NCBI RefSeq assembly: GCF_024521635.1
Contig: NW_026250404.1
Location: 992,001-1,056,000, forward strand
Origin: Tricharina praecox
Taxonomy: Eukaryota
Direction of reading: 5' to 3'
DNA length: 64,000 bases
The position numbers were made by a program, and so were the translations under genes. The notes beneath the pieces were generated by a model. It was not told the DNA's origin, did no database searches, and was given only the letters and a program-made list of their open reading frames with translations. This document shows positions 47,937-59,099 of the stretch, piece after piece (the first letter of the stretch is position 1; every line of letters starts with the position of its first letter).

Positions 47937-50900
47937 CTAAACCTGTGCCTGACCCCGCTCCTGGCCCTGCTCCTTCTCCAGCTCCTGGCCCTGATTTTGT
48001 TCCTGCTCCAGCTCCTCCGCCTCAAGCTCCCAATCATCCACGACCTCCTTGGGCTTCTCCACCTCCTTTGGCTTCTCCTTCTTCGCGGCGGTACCCGAAA
48101 TGACAGCTGCCGAGCTGCCACCAGCTCCACTAAACAGCTCGAACCCATTCTTGCTGGCCAACGAGGGTTTAGTGGACCACGTAACTGCCGACGCCGACTT
48201 CCTCGGATTCGTCACGCTCCAGCCCGAGCCGTCCTTGTTGTTTACGCGTCCGTCCTGGCCGACCCAACAGAGTTCCGCAGCGTCGGCAAGTCCCCGAGCG
48301 GCTACGACGCGCTTCAGTTTGGTGCTGAGGCCGTGAAGCTCTGCTTCCACCTGCTCGATGGCGAGGGACGAGGCTCGGGGCTTGAGGAGTACGTCTTCGT
48401 CGCCGTACCAGCTGATGTCGAAGCGCAGCTGGGAGTCCTTCAGGATCGAGAGTTCCTTCTCGAGCTCGGACGCGAGGAGGCCGACTTTGATGCCTTTGAG
48501 GAGGAAGGCGTTGACTGCGTGGCTACGGGCTATCTTTTTCAACTGCTGGACGGCAACTGGAGCGGCACCCGGTGTGGCACTAGATTTTGCTGCAAACTCC
48601 GCAAGCGACTTCCGCGGGACGGCAACGAAAGAGACCGGCTTTCGGACCATGATGCTGCGGTAGGGCTCTGGGTCCTGCGACTCGCTGTCAAGACCATAAG
48701 CCTCGGCCAAAAGATGCAAGAACTCCCGAAGCGGTGCTCGCATTGGAGGGAACTGCAGAGCTCTCTGGTCCTTATTTTCGATGAATGTACGAAACTTCGT
48801 TTCCATCGCGGCGGACCACTTCGGATCCCTGTTGTACGCACTGACGGTCTCCTCCGAGAAGGACTGACCTTCACGATCAGGGTCGAGGTCGAGAGCCATT
48901 GCGAGTCGCCTCACCCGGCACGCGTCGGAACAAGGTATTTCCTTCTGGTTTCCAGCCGGTTTAGCCTTGGTCGCACCACACTTGATATCCTGTTTCACTC
49001 CTCCACAAGGACACGAAAGTTTCAGTTTCTCCTGGCAAGGCTTATCCTCCGAGCACTGGAAGGGAGCATGACAAGGATCAATGCATGGATGTCCGCAGGT
49101 AGGCTTGGGCTTTCCGCACGACTGCTTACAAGGCTCCTCGCATCCTCCATCGTGGCAAGGCTTACGGCAAAGATGTGTACCGCACGAAAGTCGTTTCCCG
49201 CAAAGCTGGCCGCACGAAACATTCTCACGCCAACAGGGGACTGCCTTGATCTCCTTCTTACCACACTTGCAGAGCCGTCCTGTCAGGTACGGGCACTTGG
49301 GACATGCTTCGTCATCCGTGTGACAATCGTGGATAACTGGGGGGTGTCCGCAGGACGGGGGCCGAGTACAAGGGAAGCGGCAGCGAGGGGGCTTCGAACC
49401 GCAGGGAACTGGTGGGTCGATGGACGTCCTTCCGCAGTGACAGGTCAGCTCTTCGAAAGAAGCCTCCAGACAGGTTCCGCAAGGGCCTCTATGACACAGC
49501 ATCGAGCAATTGTGCTTGCCACATTTGAGCAGTCTTCCGCAGGGCCTTGTGCAGATATGTTCGGGCTCGAATCCGTCGTCCGTCTGCAATCCAGGATTGG
49601 AAGCGAGCGGTCTCATTTTTCTCTTGGCTGATATCCTCTCCTGTGCCTTCACCTCCCCAGAACAGCACTTGTCTCCGCATTCGTGTCTTCCGCAATTCAA
49701 CGCCGCCCGGCAGTTCCGCATGCATTGGGGAGGTTCGTAATCTACCCCCTGGTGGCAGAGACTGGAGGAGTGGGTTTTTCCGCAACGACATGCTATCTCG
49801 ATCTGAACCAAACAGACGCCGCATTCACCATCGTGGCAAGTCTTCGTGCAGGAATGGCCGCACGCGAGAGTCTTCTTACAAACCTTCCCGCAGGTAGGGA
49901 TCGGAGCTTCACAGTTGGGTCGAGGCTCGGACAAGATATCCGTCAGGGGTGTTTTACCGCACGGGCAGTGCGCAACGACTGACGGATCAGAGTGACAGAT
50001 ACCGTTGTCGGTGTCCTGTGGGTGGCACGGCTTTTGACAGTGGTGAACACCGCAAGCAAGCAACCTAAGAAGTAATAGATTAGCAATCAGGGAGTGGCAA
50101 TGCCCAAGGAGAAATAAACAAACCTATTGCAAACTTTGCCACACTCATAGTATCCGGTCCACTCTTCGAACTCATCGTCTGAGTACTCATCATCCGAGAC
50201 TTCGAATGCCCTGGACGAATCTTTTGGATGCTCCTTGTCGGAACACTTCATTTCCTTCATCTCATTCCCGCAATAGCACTTAACGAGTTCGGGAACCTCG
50301 CAAGACCCGCACAAGAGGGGATGACACGGCCTCGAACAGGTGTGTTCTCCGCAAGGCATGACGTCTCCGCATACTTGACCGCAACTAAAGCCGCCGTCGT
50401 AATCCGTATCCACACATCGTTTCTGTTGGGATTCCCTGCCGCAAAAGCAGGTCATAACCGGGCCCATGGCCGCACAAGGTGTACAAGGTCCAGCGTGACA
50501 CTGTGCACTACACGTGTGAGGACATTTTTTCGGGTTGGAGAGCTGCCTTCCACAAGTCTGTCCACAACTTTATGGTCATTAGTTAGGACATTCCCGAATA
50601 GCGGAAAGCTAGAGGTCAACATACCTGTGCGGCGGAAGATATTTGGTGCTCTCCGGCTGTGTCTCCTTCTCGCACCAACAGGTATAAAGATCCGGCAGTA
50701 AAGTGCTCGGATTATTGCAAGCCGGACACCTCCACGATTTCTGTGGTTCATATGCACCGACCGGACCCCTCGTTTCCTGCTGTAGACCCTGCTTCCCCCA
50801 TTTCTGAATGCAGTTCAAGTGGTACACCGCCCAACAGCACCTGCAAGACCAGATCTTTGCCCTCCTATTCACACTGCCGTAGCAGACCATGCACTCGTAG

Positions 50901-51559
50901 GCTCCGCTGCTAATCTCCCTGTGAATGCGGCTGGTTATGTCGTCCGCGCCGGGCACAAAATCAGGAGCATCAGGCCTTATTCGTACTTGAGGTTGTGACT
51001 TCTGGGGCGACGTCTCAGCTTCGGGATTGGCAGCACTGAGCTGAGCTCCGAAGGCTCTCCGTCTAGCATTGCCACCTCCAACTCCGTTGCTGGCCGGCAT
51101 AGGATGTAAATGTGTATGCTGATGCTGATGTGTAGTTCCGTCTTCCGTAGATCCACTCGTTGGCGGTTTACGATGTCGGACACGTTTCCTACGGGGTGGT
51201 GGAAGCGGTTCACCCTCGGGGTGCGAGTGTGCGTTCGGTGGTGCGCCCGGGGGAGCGCTCGATGGAATCTGAGCGTTCGGTTCCGGAGCTGGGTGTAGAG
51301 CGCCACCGCTGCGGTGGGACTGCCGTGGAGGTCTTGTTCTGCGTGTCCTCTGCCGCTGCTGCTGCTGTCCTTCCGAGGGGTTGCCACCGCCGCCACCACC
51401 GCCTGGGGCACTCCCACTCTCTCCCACCGCTGCACCGGCATAGCCCTCAGTCTTCTCAGACTTCGCGGGCCGTCGATTTCTTCGGCGAGGTCGCTGTGGA
51501 TCTGCTGTACCTGCATTCCCGTTGATTGTCGGCTGATGAGGCTGAGGTTGGGACTCCAT
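47937..51559 (-). CDS. FAP1: NF-X1-type zinc-finger/R3H protein (Fap1/NFX1), 3 exons
   Basis: RING-like YECMVC...WSCRCCWAVYHLNCIQKW; many NF-X1 repeats (CGxHxCxxxCHxGxC); R3H domain FPPMRAPLREFLHLLAEAYGLDSESQDPEPYR. ATG at 51559. Confidence 0.93.
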
Positions 51560-52403
51560 GTTTGTATCCAGTGATTGAGTTGGGACTATGTTCAGACGGA
51601 GAGGTATGGAGGAGTAAGTTGCGCTCAGCGCCAATAAGAAAAGCAATGGGAAGTTAGAAAGTGCCTCACAGAAGTGAGTGTTGAAGTGGGGGGCAAAGAA
51701 GGAAAGGAAGGAAGGAAGAAAGGAAAGAAGAAAGCTGAGGTACTTGTGTCCCGTCTTTACCTAATGGTCGTCGGCTGTCGTCATTCCAAAAGTGAGTGGT
51801 GGTGGTGGCGCATTAGTCTTGGCAGGGTGCAGCTTCGCAGTGCTCTAGACTCAACTCGACCTGCCACTCGGAGTGGATTCACGTCGACTCATTTTCGACA
51901 AGCATCCACCAGCCCGAGTCTAGTGAAGGAGTACCGTATTATGTATTCTACGAAGAATAATGAATCCCGAACCGTCACAATTCTCGTAATAAGTGCTTAC
52001 TTCATACAGGTACAATTATAAGTTGTAGACCTAGAACAGACGAGGGCATATATTTGACCAGATGGGACAAAGGAAAAAAAGGCAGGTTACAGTAGTATAC
52101 AAAAACAGTATCAAACCCTCTTGAACTCCAGAACCCACAGAAAACAACCCAGATACACCTTTCCACCCCCCGGAACATAGTGATGATAGTATCCAGCCCA
52201 CCAGATGGATGTCATTGAGAACTAGAACAGGACTTGCCGGAATGGTAGAAAAGTAACCAACGCAACATGAACGCCATGTCTGCAAAAGTGCCACCCCTCT
52301 TCACCATACCATATCACTCAAGATGACTGTTTCCCTCAAAGTCAGAACCCCATTGCAAACAAAACAAACAAACTCCCGCCATTAACCCCGAGACCTGCCA
52401 AAC

Positions 52404-54119
52404 TTACCTCCTCTGCCTCTTGAGTGGAGGGTCGCCTTTTCGTCCACCCCGTGAGCCCCCTCTACCCTTGCCCCCCGTACCTCCAGGAGCTGGTGGTCCC
52501 CCTGTAGCATCGTTCCCGTTCGTCTTCCTCCGCTTGGATGGCCCAGTCTTGCTGCTCTCCCCAGGCTTCACCGTCTTGCCGGTCGCCACGCCCATCCCCT
52601 CATCTCCCGAATCCGCTACCCCGATAGCCTTTCTGCGGCCACCCCGACCACGTCCCGACTTTTTACCTTCCACTTCTTCGTTTTGCAGGAATACCTGTGG
52701 TTGGTTCTTCCTCAACCAGCAATACACGCTCATAGGATTCCGAGAATCACCCTCTGCCTTGGCTGCGGATGGGTCGCCCGGGCGCTCGAGCGGCGGAATT
52801 CCACCATCGTATTTCTCCTCAATCTCTGCGTACCACTCTTCCTCCTCCTTGAGTGTCATCAAGAATGGACTGCCGCTGCGGAGATACTCGGGGGTTTGCC
52901 CACGGCGGTATTCCTCAACGATGGTGGGTGGCTGGGGCGCGTCGTCGGCGGGACCGCTGTTAAGCTCTGCCTCATCCTCATCCTCATCTTCTATCTCCTG
53001 CTTGATCTGAACCGTCGAGGCTTTATTGATACCATTGCTCTTCTTCTTCTTCTCCTCCTGCTCAGCCTCTGCTGCTGCGGCTGCTGCGGCCGCTGCGGCT
53101 ACTGCGGCTGCTTGAGCTGCTTGAGCTGCTTCGGCTGCTTCAGCTACTTTGGCTGCCTCGGCTGCCTCGGCTGCTTCAGCGGCCTCCTTCGCATGCTGTT
53201 CGGCCTCCTTCCGCACGTTCTCCGCATCCGCTTTCATCTTTTCGCGCACCGACTTAGGTGGGGTGCCTGCAATGCCGCGTGTGTAGTTCCACTCCCGTAT
53301 CTCTTCGCGGTAGGCCTCGCTGGTATCCCCATCGTCATCGTCACTATTGTACTTGGAGCCGCGGCCAGTCGCCGGCGTCTTCTCGTCATCGTCGTCGTCG
53401 TCATCGTCGTCGTCCGAGCTCTCATTGTCATTCCTACTCTGTGATTCCTTCAAAGCCTCGCGAGCCGCTTCCTCCTCCGCCGTCGCCGCCGCAGCAGCAG
53501 CAGCCATAGTAGCAGCCACAGCCGCCGCCTCCGCCTCCGCCGCCGCCGTCGCTACGGCGTCGAGGTCCATCTTCTCCACATCATCGTTCTCTTCCGGCTC
53601 CGGATATTTGCCGTACCGAGCCACATACACCTCCGGTGAGAGGAAACGAGGCGGAGTTGCACGCGACGGGGACCCAATGTTATGACGTCGTTCCTTGGGA
53701 ATATGCGAGCACTCGTTCAGATCCACGAGGAAATCCAGGACGCGACTATACGCAAGCCAGCACAATGTATCAGCGACACTTTATTCGCAGCGGCCAGCGG
53801 CGGTGGTGGGGAAGAGAAAGAGAGAGGTATTTACGTGTTTTCCTCCTGCATCCTGCGAATCGCCTGTTTCGCCAGCTGCTCCTGCCGGAACAGCTCATCT
53901 GAGCGCCTCATGACTTCTTTAAACTTATGACGAAGTTTTCTATACTTTCTCCTGCAGTTTCGCGCACAGACAATCAGCCTACCGACACACGCACAACGGG
54001 CGCAAAGACGCGTACTTGTAGGATTTTTGGTGAGCTTTGTCTTCGCTGTAGCCGCTGCCACCGGCACCTCCCATTGCACCTGGTCCGCCATTCGCCGAGG
54101 GTAGCTCGGCTTGAGACAT
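52404..54119 (-). CDS. IEC3: INO80 complex subunit Iec3-like, 3 exons
   Basis: Spliced KSYKRKYRKLRHKFKEVMRRSDELF...RVLDFLVDLN; C-terminal RNPMSVYCWLRKNQPQVFLQ. ATG at 54119 (MSQAELPS...). Confidence 0.85.
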
Positions 54120-55123
54120 GGCGATCAGTATGTGCGCCGTCGTGGCAGACGGTTGTGCGTAAGCGGTGGGGTTAATTGTCGTCGTCGTGGTGGCGGTAGG
54201 CGCAGGTGACGGGTTTGTTCAGTAGTTGATGTTTGGGGGGGTGAAAAGCGTGAGTGATGATGGTGCTCTGGGTTGGATGGCTACGAAGATAGGAGAAGAT
54301 TAGGGTTGTTGAGGAGCGTGGAAGGGAGGTTGTGTCTTCTTGTCGTTTTGTCGTGGAGAGTGAGAGGGGAGAGAAAGCGAGAGTTCGAGTGTGAATGAGA
54401 AAGTTGAAAGAGAAAGCAAGGAGTGATAGCTTTTTAGAAATGCACTCAATACGATGTTCTCCTTCCTCCTCTCCACTAGCTAGAGTCTATGGAATCTCCC
54501 AACGTTCCATGCGACGACACCACACACGACCAATTCCACTTAAGCCTGAGCAATGTTCCTGGCGACGACGAAAAACGACATCGACGAGGGATGAGAAGGT
54601 GAGGAGTGTAAGCACTTCTTCTACACAGCCTTTCTTGCGTGCGAGATTTGCGCGAATGCTGCATCCTGGCAGTAACTCTACCTGCCTGCTATCCCATGTG
54701 AGCCGCAGGAAGCAGCGAATGAAAGCGCTGGAGACAAAAGAAGATCGGACTGCGACGCAACCTGCATCCTTTGCCTCAACACAACAAATATCGGTATGCT
54801 GCATTTAATGGTGCTTTCTACACAGCAATAAGCTTGTCGAATTAGAGTGCGGATTGTGATCTTGCGTGTTAATCACGAAAGCATACTCGCCCGAAAGAAT
54901 CAGCCTCGCTGAAAGTGGACTCCAAGCTGTATCTGGGCTTGTCACGGCTCTCCATGCTAGATCTGGTGAAGCCTTTCTGATCTACCACCGTAGGTAGTAT
55001 CGTCCATCTTTACTCTCGTGCCATCACGTCACTTTATCTCACTCGTCGCCTTCACAACTTCTTGGCGTCACTTCCCCACTAAACACAAAGTCCCTGGCAA
55101 CCTCCGCCTCTCGTTCAGCAATC

Positions 55124-56136
55124 ATGACCCTCGCCTCCGCCGTCCGCCCATTGGCCCTACGCCAGCTCGCCCTGACCGTTCCGCGCACGCCCCGCCGCAA
55201 TGCCCGCGTCGTGAATGCCTTCTCGCGCTTCTTCCAAACGCGCGTGGAGCCTCGGGTCGTCGCCAAATACCGCGAGAAGCTCGAACTGAAACAAAAAACG
55301 TCTGCCACCGGAAAATCCGCAGAGGGAGGACTAGAGCTGATGAAATAGAGACACAAAGTGAAGGCGTCAGCTCATTCGAGGAATTGAAGCAAGTCTACAA
55401 AGGCAAGATCGAAGCCGTGCGGAAAGAAGCCGCCGTCACCCCCGAGGTGGATGCGGTTCTCAATGCCACCGCCGTCGCGACCACCGCTGCCGCAGACGCA
55501 CCAACGCAAGCCCGGCCGCCACCACCGCCCATCGCCGCCGCCGCCCGGAGAGCCGCTTCGGCCCCACCCGGCGTAAAAACGCTCTCCTCGTATGTCGACG
55601 CCGACGCGCTCTCCGCGCACACATCGCCCAAAGAAATCGAGCTCATCTGGCGCGCGCGCTTCGTCGCCGCCGCGGACTCGCTGTGCGCCGTTGTCCCCAC
55701 GGCGACGTATAAGCGCATGGAGGCGCTAGCAAAGCGGCACCCGATGTTCCTGCTCCCGCTCCCACGGGACGGACAGGGTGTCGAGATGCATCTGCTGCAG
55801 TGGACATTCCCGTCCAGGGAATCCGCTACGGTGATTTTCACCTCGCTGGAGGACTATAAGCTCCGCGGAGAGTTTGCGCAGCCCCACACCACGCTGACGC
55901 ATCATCTGGAGCTGGCGGATGGCCACGGCCTCGTCCTGGCGCAGGGACAGGTGATTAGTGAGCGCGGCGTGAGTGTGGATCAGGCGCAGCTGCTGGTGAT
56001 CGCGCTGCAGAAGTTTTATGGCGCCATCGAAAGCTCCGAGACTGAGAGGAGGAAGGAGATGTTGGAGATGTTTACACGAGGTGATGAGAAATTCTCCATT
56101 GAGGCGTTGATTGCGGAGGTGGAGAAGGCGGTGTAG
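55124..56136 (+). CDS. ATP11: Mitochondrial F1-ATPase assembly factor Atp11
   Basis: Presequence; PPGVKTLSSYVD; EIELIWRARF; HPMFLLPLPR; HLLQW; FTSLEDYKLRGEFAQPHTTLTHHLEL; LQKFY. Intron ~55300-55358. Confidence 0.93.
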
Positions 56137-56271
56137 ATTGTGAGGTTGTTGTAAGATAGATAGACGCATTGTATATGTAGACAGTCACTGGCACGGTAGA
56201 TCCTTATCGTTATTATTACGCATTAATTATCATACAACATCATACACCATCCTACATGCTTCCCATGCCAT

Positions 56272-56874
56272 CTATTGCGCCACAGGCGCCGCCGGCGCAG
56301 TGCCGGTAGCATCCATCTTCACCGGCACAGGGAAGAAAATCGGCATGTACGTCTATCGCCACGCGCATTAGCACATATCCTCCTCCATCTTCCTATAGAA
56401 GTAGAAAACTCACGATCAACAAACTCATGAACGCCATTCCAACACCAAAGTATGCAGGCTGCTTTCCGCCCGCAAGCTGCGCCGGTGTCTCGTTCAGCCA
56501 ACTCTGGATCGCGAAGACAACAGCGCCCCAGCCGATCATGCTGTTCTCTCGCATTAGTCCGAGTCCGGGTTGTAAATGGAGGAGGAGGAGACGGAGGATG
56601 TGGTGGAGGGGTTACCGGTGGCGGGTGAACATCGCGGCCATAGGAAGAGCAGTGCTCAACGTGTCGGACATCGACTCTGTCACATCGTCAGCAAACACCC
56701 AACATCACTTGTAAACTGAGCGGGGAACAAACGTTCTTCAATCTTGGTCTCGGGCGCAATGTATGGGATTGCTGTTGCGCGCCATTAGCGATTTGCCCTA
56801 AAGGATGACGAGAGCAGGGAGGAAGTACCGAGCTCCATGCGGCGCTGGTCTTTGAGGTTTCTGTTGAAAGACAT
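56272..56874 (-). CDS. Small membrane protein, Asterix/PAT-complex subunit-like (UPF0139), 5 exons
   Basis: Four GT-AG introns with CTAAT/CTGAC branch sites join to MSFNRNLKDQRRMELAIPYIAPETKIEEQSMSDTLSTALPMAAMFTRHRMIGWGAVVFAIQSWLNETPAQLAGGKQPAYFGVGMAFMSLLITYMPIFFP...*. Confidence 0.85.
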
Positions 56875-57350
56875 TTTGTGGTAGAGATTGTTGCGATGTC
56901 CGTAGAGTCGTGGTGGGTTGATCAATGGTGAGGTACGGTAGTTGTGGTTGCGTGTTAGGTGAGATCTGTTCGTTGTCTCTGGAGCTCGGGGCCGATGAAT
57001 ACTGGCCAAAGCTCGGCGTACATGGTGCCAAGGGACCATGGTGGTATGTTACTCATGCCGCATCACTCGCCGAAGAATACCCATTTCTTGAAGAATTCTT
57101 GGTTCAAGAGGAATTTTGCATCTTCCCCTTCCCTCAATCAGTCCGAAAACCCCAAGGACCGAAGCAATCGTTTGAGCGAGCTCTCACCGAGGAAATCGTT
57201 CAAATTGAGTTTCCCTACCCGCGACCGGCAACTTCCGTCTCGTTTGCAAGCATACGGTTCGAAGAAAAAAAAACGCTGCGACATCCAACCAACTTCACAC
57301 AGCAGTTATACCCCCCGCTCGAAACCCCACTCAACTATTACTTCACAGCG

Positions 57351-58718
57351 ATGTCGAAAACGAAAGTTGGCGGCGACCAAAAACGCAAGGCGGAGCGTAA
57401 GGCTGCAAAAGCTGCGGCGAACGCGGCCAACGGTGCAGCAGATGTGGATGCTAAGATGACCGATGCTGGGTCAGAATTGAAGAAGGAGAAGAAGGAGAAG
57501 AAGGAGAAGAAGGACACGGCCGAGAAGAAAGAGAAGAAAGAGAAGAAGGAGAAGAAGGAGAGGGATGAAGATTCCGAGGAGAAGAAGGAGAGGAAGGCAA
57601 AGCGGAAGGAAAAGAAACGGCAAGAGGAGGAATCCAACGAGACCGAATCCACATCGCCCAACCCCACCGCGGACGACGACGACACCGAAGAATCGCCCCC
57701 CAAAAAGCGAAAACGCGATGCCGCCGAAGGCGATCTCGAGATCGACGTCAGTCTTCCGCAGCCGCCGTCGAAAAAGGCTCTTCGAAAACTCAAGAAGCAC
57801 CCCGAACTCGCCCCAAAGATTCTCAAGCCCACTCCTTCCAATGCGCCCAAAGCTGAAATCGACAAATCCACCTTCCCCGAGCACTCCTCACAAGTGCGCT
57901 CCAAGCACGGTGTCTGGATCGGCAATCTTGCTTTCTCCACCACTGCCGACACGCTGCGCGACTTCATTGCACTCAAGCCCGAGGATGTCACTAGAGTCAA
58001 CTTGCCTACGGATGAGAGGGGAAGAAACAAGGGTTTCGCATATATCGACTTTGATAGCGAGGACGCACTCGACCATGCACTCAAACTTTCCGAAGCACTA
58101 CTTGGGGGCCGAAAGGTACTGATCAAGAACTCGAAAGACTTCTCGAAGCGTCCAGCTTCCGCTCCCGCCCCTCCGAAGAACGGCGCAAATATTGATAAGA
58201 ACCCGCCGTCTCGCATTCTCTACGTCGGTAATCTTGACTTCAGCACTACTGCTGAGGCCCTGCAAGAACACTTTGAGTTCGCGGGCAAGATCCAGCGTGT
58301 GAGGTTGGCGACTTTCGAGGACTCGGGGAAATGCAAGGGTTTTGGCTTTGTCGATTTCCTTGACATCGAGAGCGTTCGCCGCGCCATGTTGGGCCTGACA
58401 GCCGAAGAGGAGGGAACGATGAATGAACTCGAGGGTAAGGCTGAGGTTGAGTTGGCCTCAAGGAGGAAAAGGAGGGCGATGCTCATCGGAAGGACCATTA
58501 CCATGGAGTATGGGCAAGACCCTTCTGTGAGATACAAGAAGCGGTTCGGAGGCAAGGATAGGGAAGGCGGTGATGAAGAGGGTGGAAGTGCTGTGCCGAG
58601 GAAAAAGGAATGGAAGGACACCCGCTCTACAGATGCTGGCGCCGCATACTCGAGCGACGTCAGGCGGACGGGAGCCATCACGGCTGGAGAGGGAAAGAAG
58701 ATGACGTTCGCCGAGTAG
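57351..58718 (+). CDS. NOP13: Nucleolar two-RRM protein (Nop13/Rnp24-like)
   Basis: KEK repeats; RRM1 GVWIGNL...NKGFAYIDF; LLGGRKVLIKNSKDF; RRM2 SRILYVGNL...RLATFEDSGKCKGFGFVDF. Confidence 0.85.
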   Translation: MSKTKVGGDQKRKAERKAAKAAANAANGAADVDAKMTDAGSELKKEKKEKKEKKDTAEKKEKKEKKEKKERDEDSEEKKERKAKRKEKKRQEEESNETESTSPNPTADDDDTEESPPKKRKRDAAEGDLEIDVSLPQPPSKKALRKLKKHPELAPKILKPTPSNAPKAEIDKSTFPEHSSQVRSKHGVWIGNLAFSTTADTLRDFIALKPEDVTRVNLPTDERGRNKGFAYIDFDSEDALDHALKLSEALLGGRKVLIKNSKDFSKRPASAPAPPKNGANIDKNPPSRILYVGNLDFSTTAEALQEHFEFAGKIQRVRLATFEDSGKCKGFGFVDFLDIESVRRAMLGLTAEEEGTMNELEGKAEVELASRRKRRAMLIGRTITMEYGQDPSVRYKKRFGGKDREGGDEEGGSAVPRKKEWKDTRSTDAGAAYSSDVRRTGAITAGEGKKMTFAE

Positions 58719-59099
58719 ATGGGTGGATGTTTATGGAGGTATTTGTGTGTAAAGCACCAAGATGCAAATTAATGCCAGGGCAGCATACTCTCATAGCTGT
58801 TCCCATTGGTGTAAATATCCCGAAATCGCGGTGACTTCTGAAACCACAGTGCTTATCATTCATAGCCAATCACTCATTGTCTTGGCTACTAACCGAAGGC
58901 CGGCCATGCACCGTTTCGTCACTGCAGCAGCGACCCTTGATGCCGGCGCCCTGACGTGGCTGGCCAGCGCCAGATGCTGACCATCAAACCGGAGCATGAC
59001 CTTACCGCCCAAAGATCTCCAAAAAATATCTTCTCTGCGCATTACAACTACTACTCCGTACAACTACTACTCCGTACAACTATCCAGCATTTCGCAGAC

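Noticed and set aside
47997..49631. 544-aa plus-strand ORF
   Set aside because: Antisense to FAP1 with no recognisable domain; explained by codon bias.
53831..54091. ORF-track start (MADQVQW...) for IEC3
   Set aside because: Splice phase requires exon 1 in another frame, starting at 54119 and giving the conserved KSYKRKYRK.
56925..57350. 142-aa N-terminal extension of NOP13 in the ORF track
   Set aside because: It covers the divergent promoter shared with the Asterix-like gene and is not protein-like; ATG 57351 fits the family.
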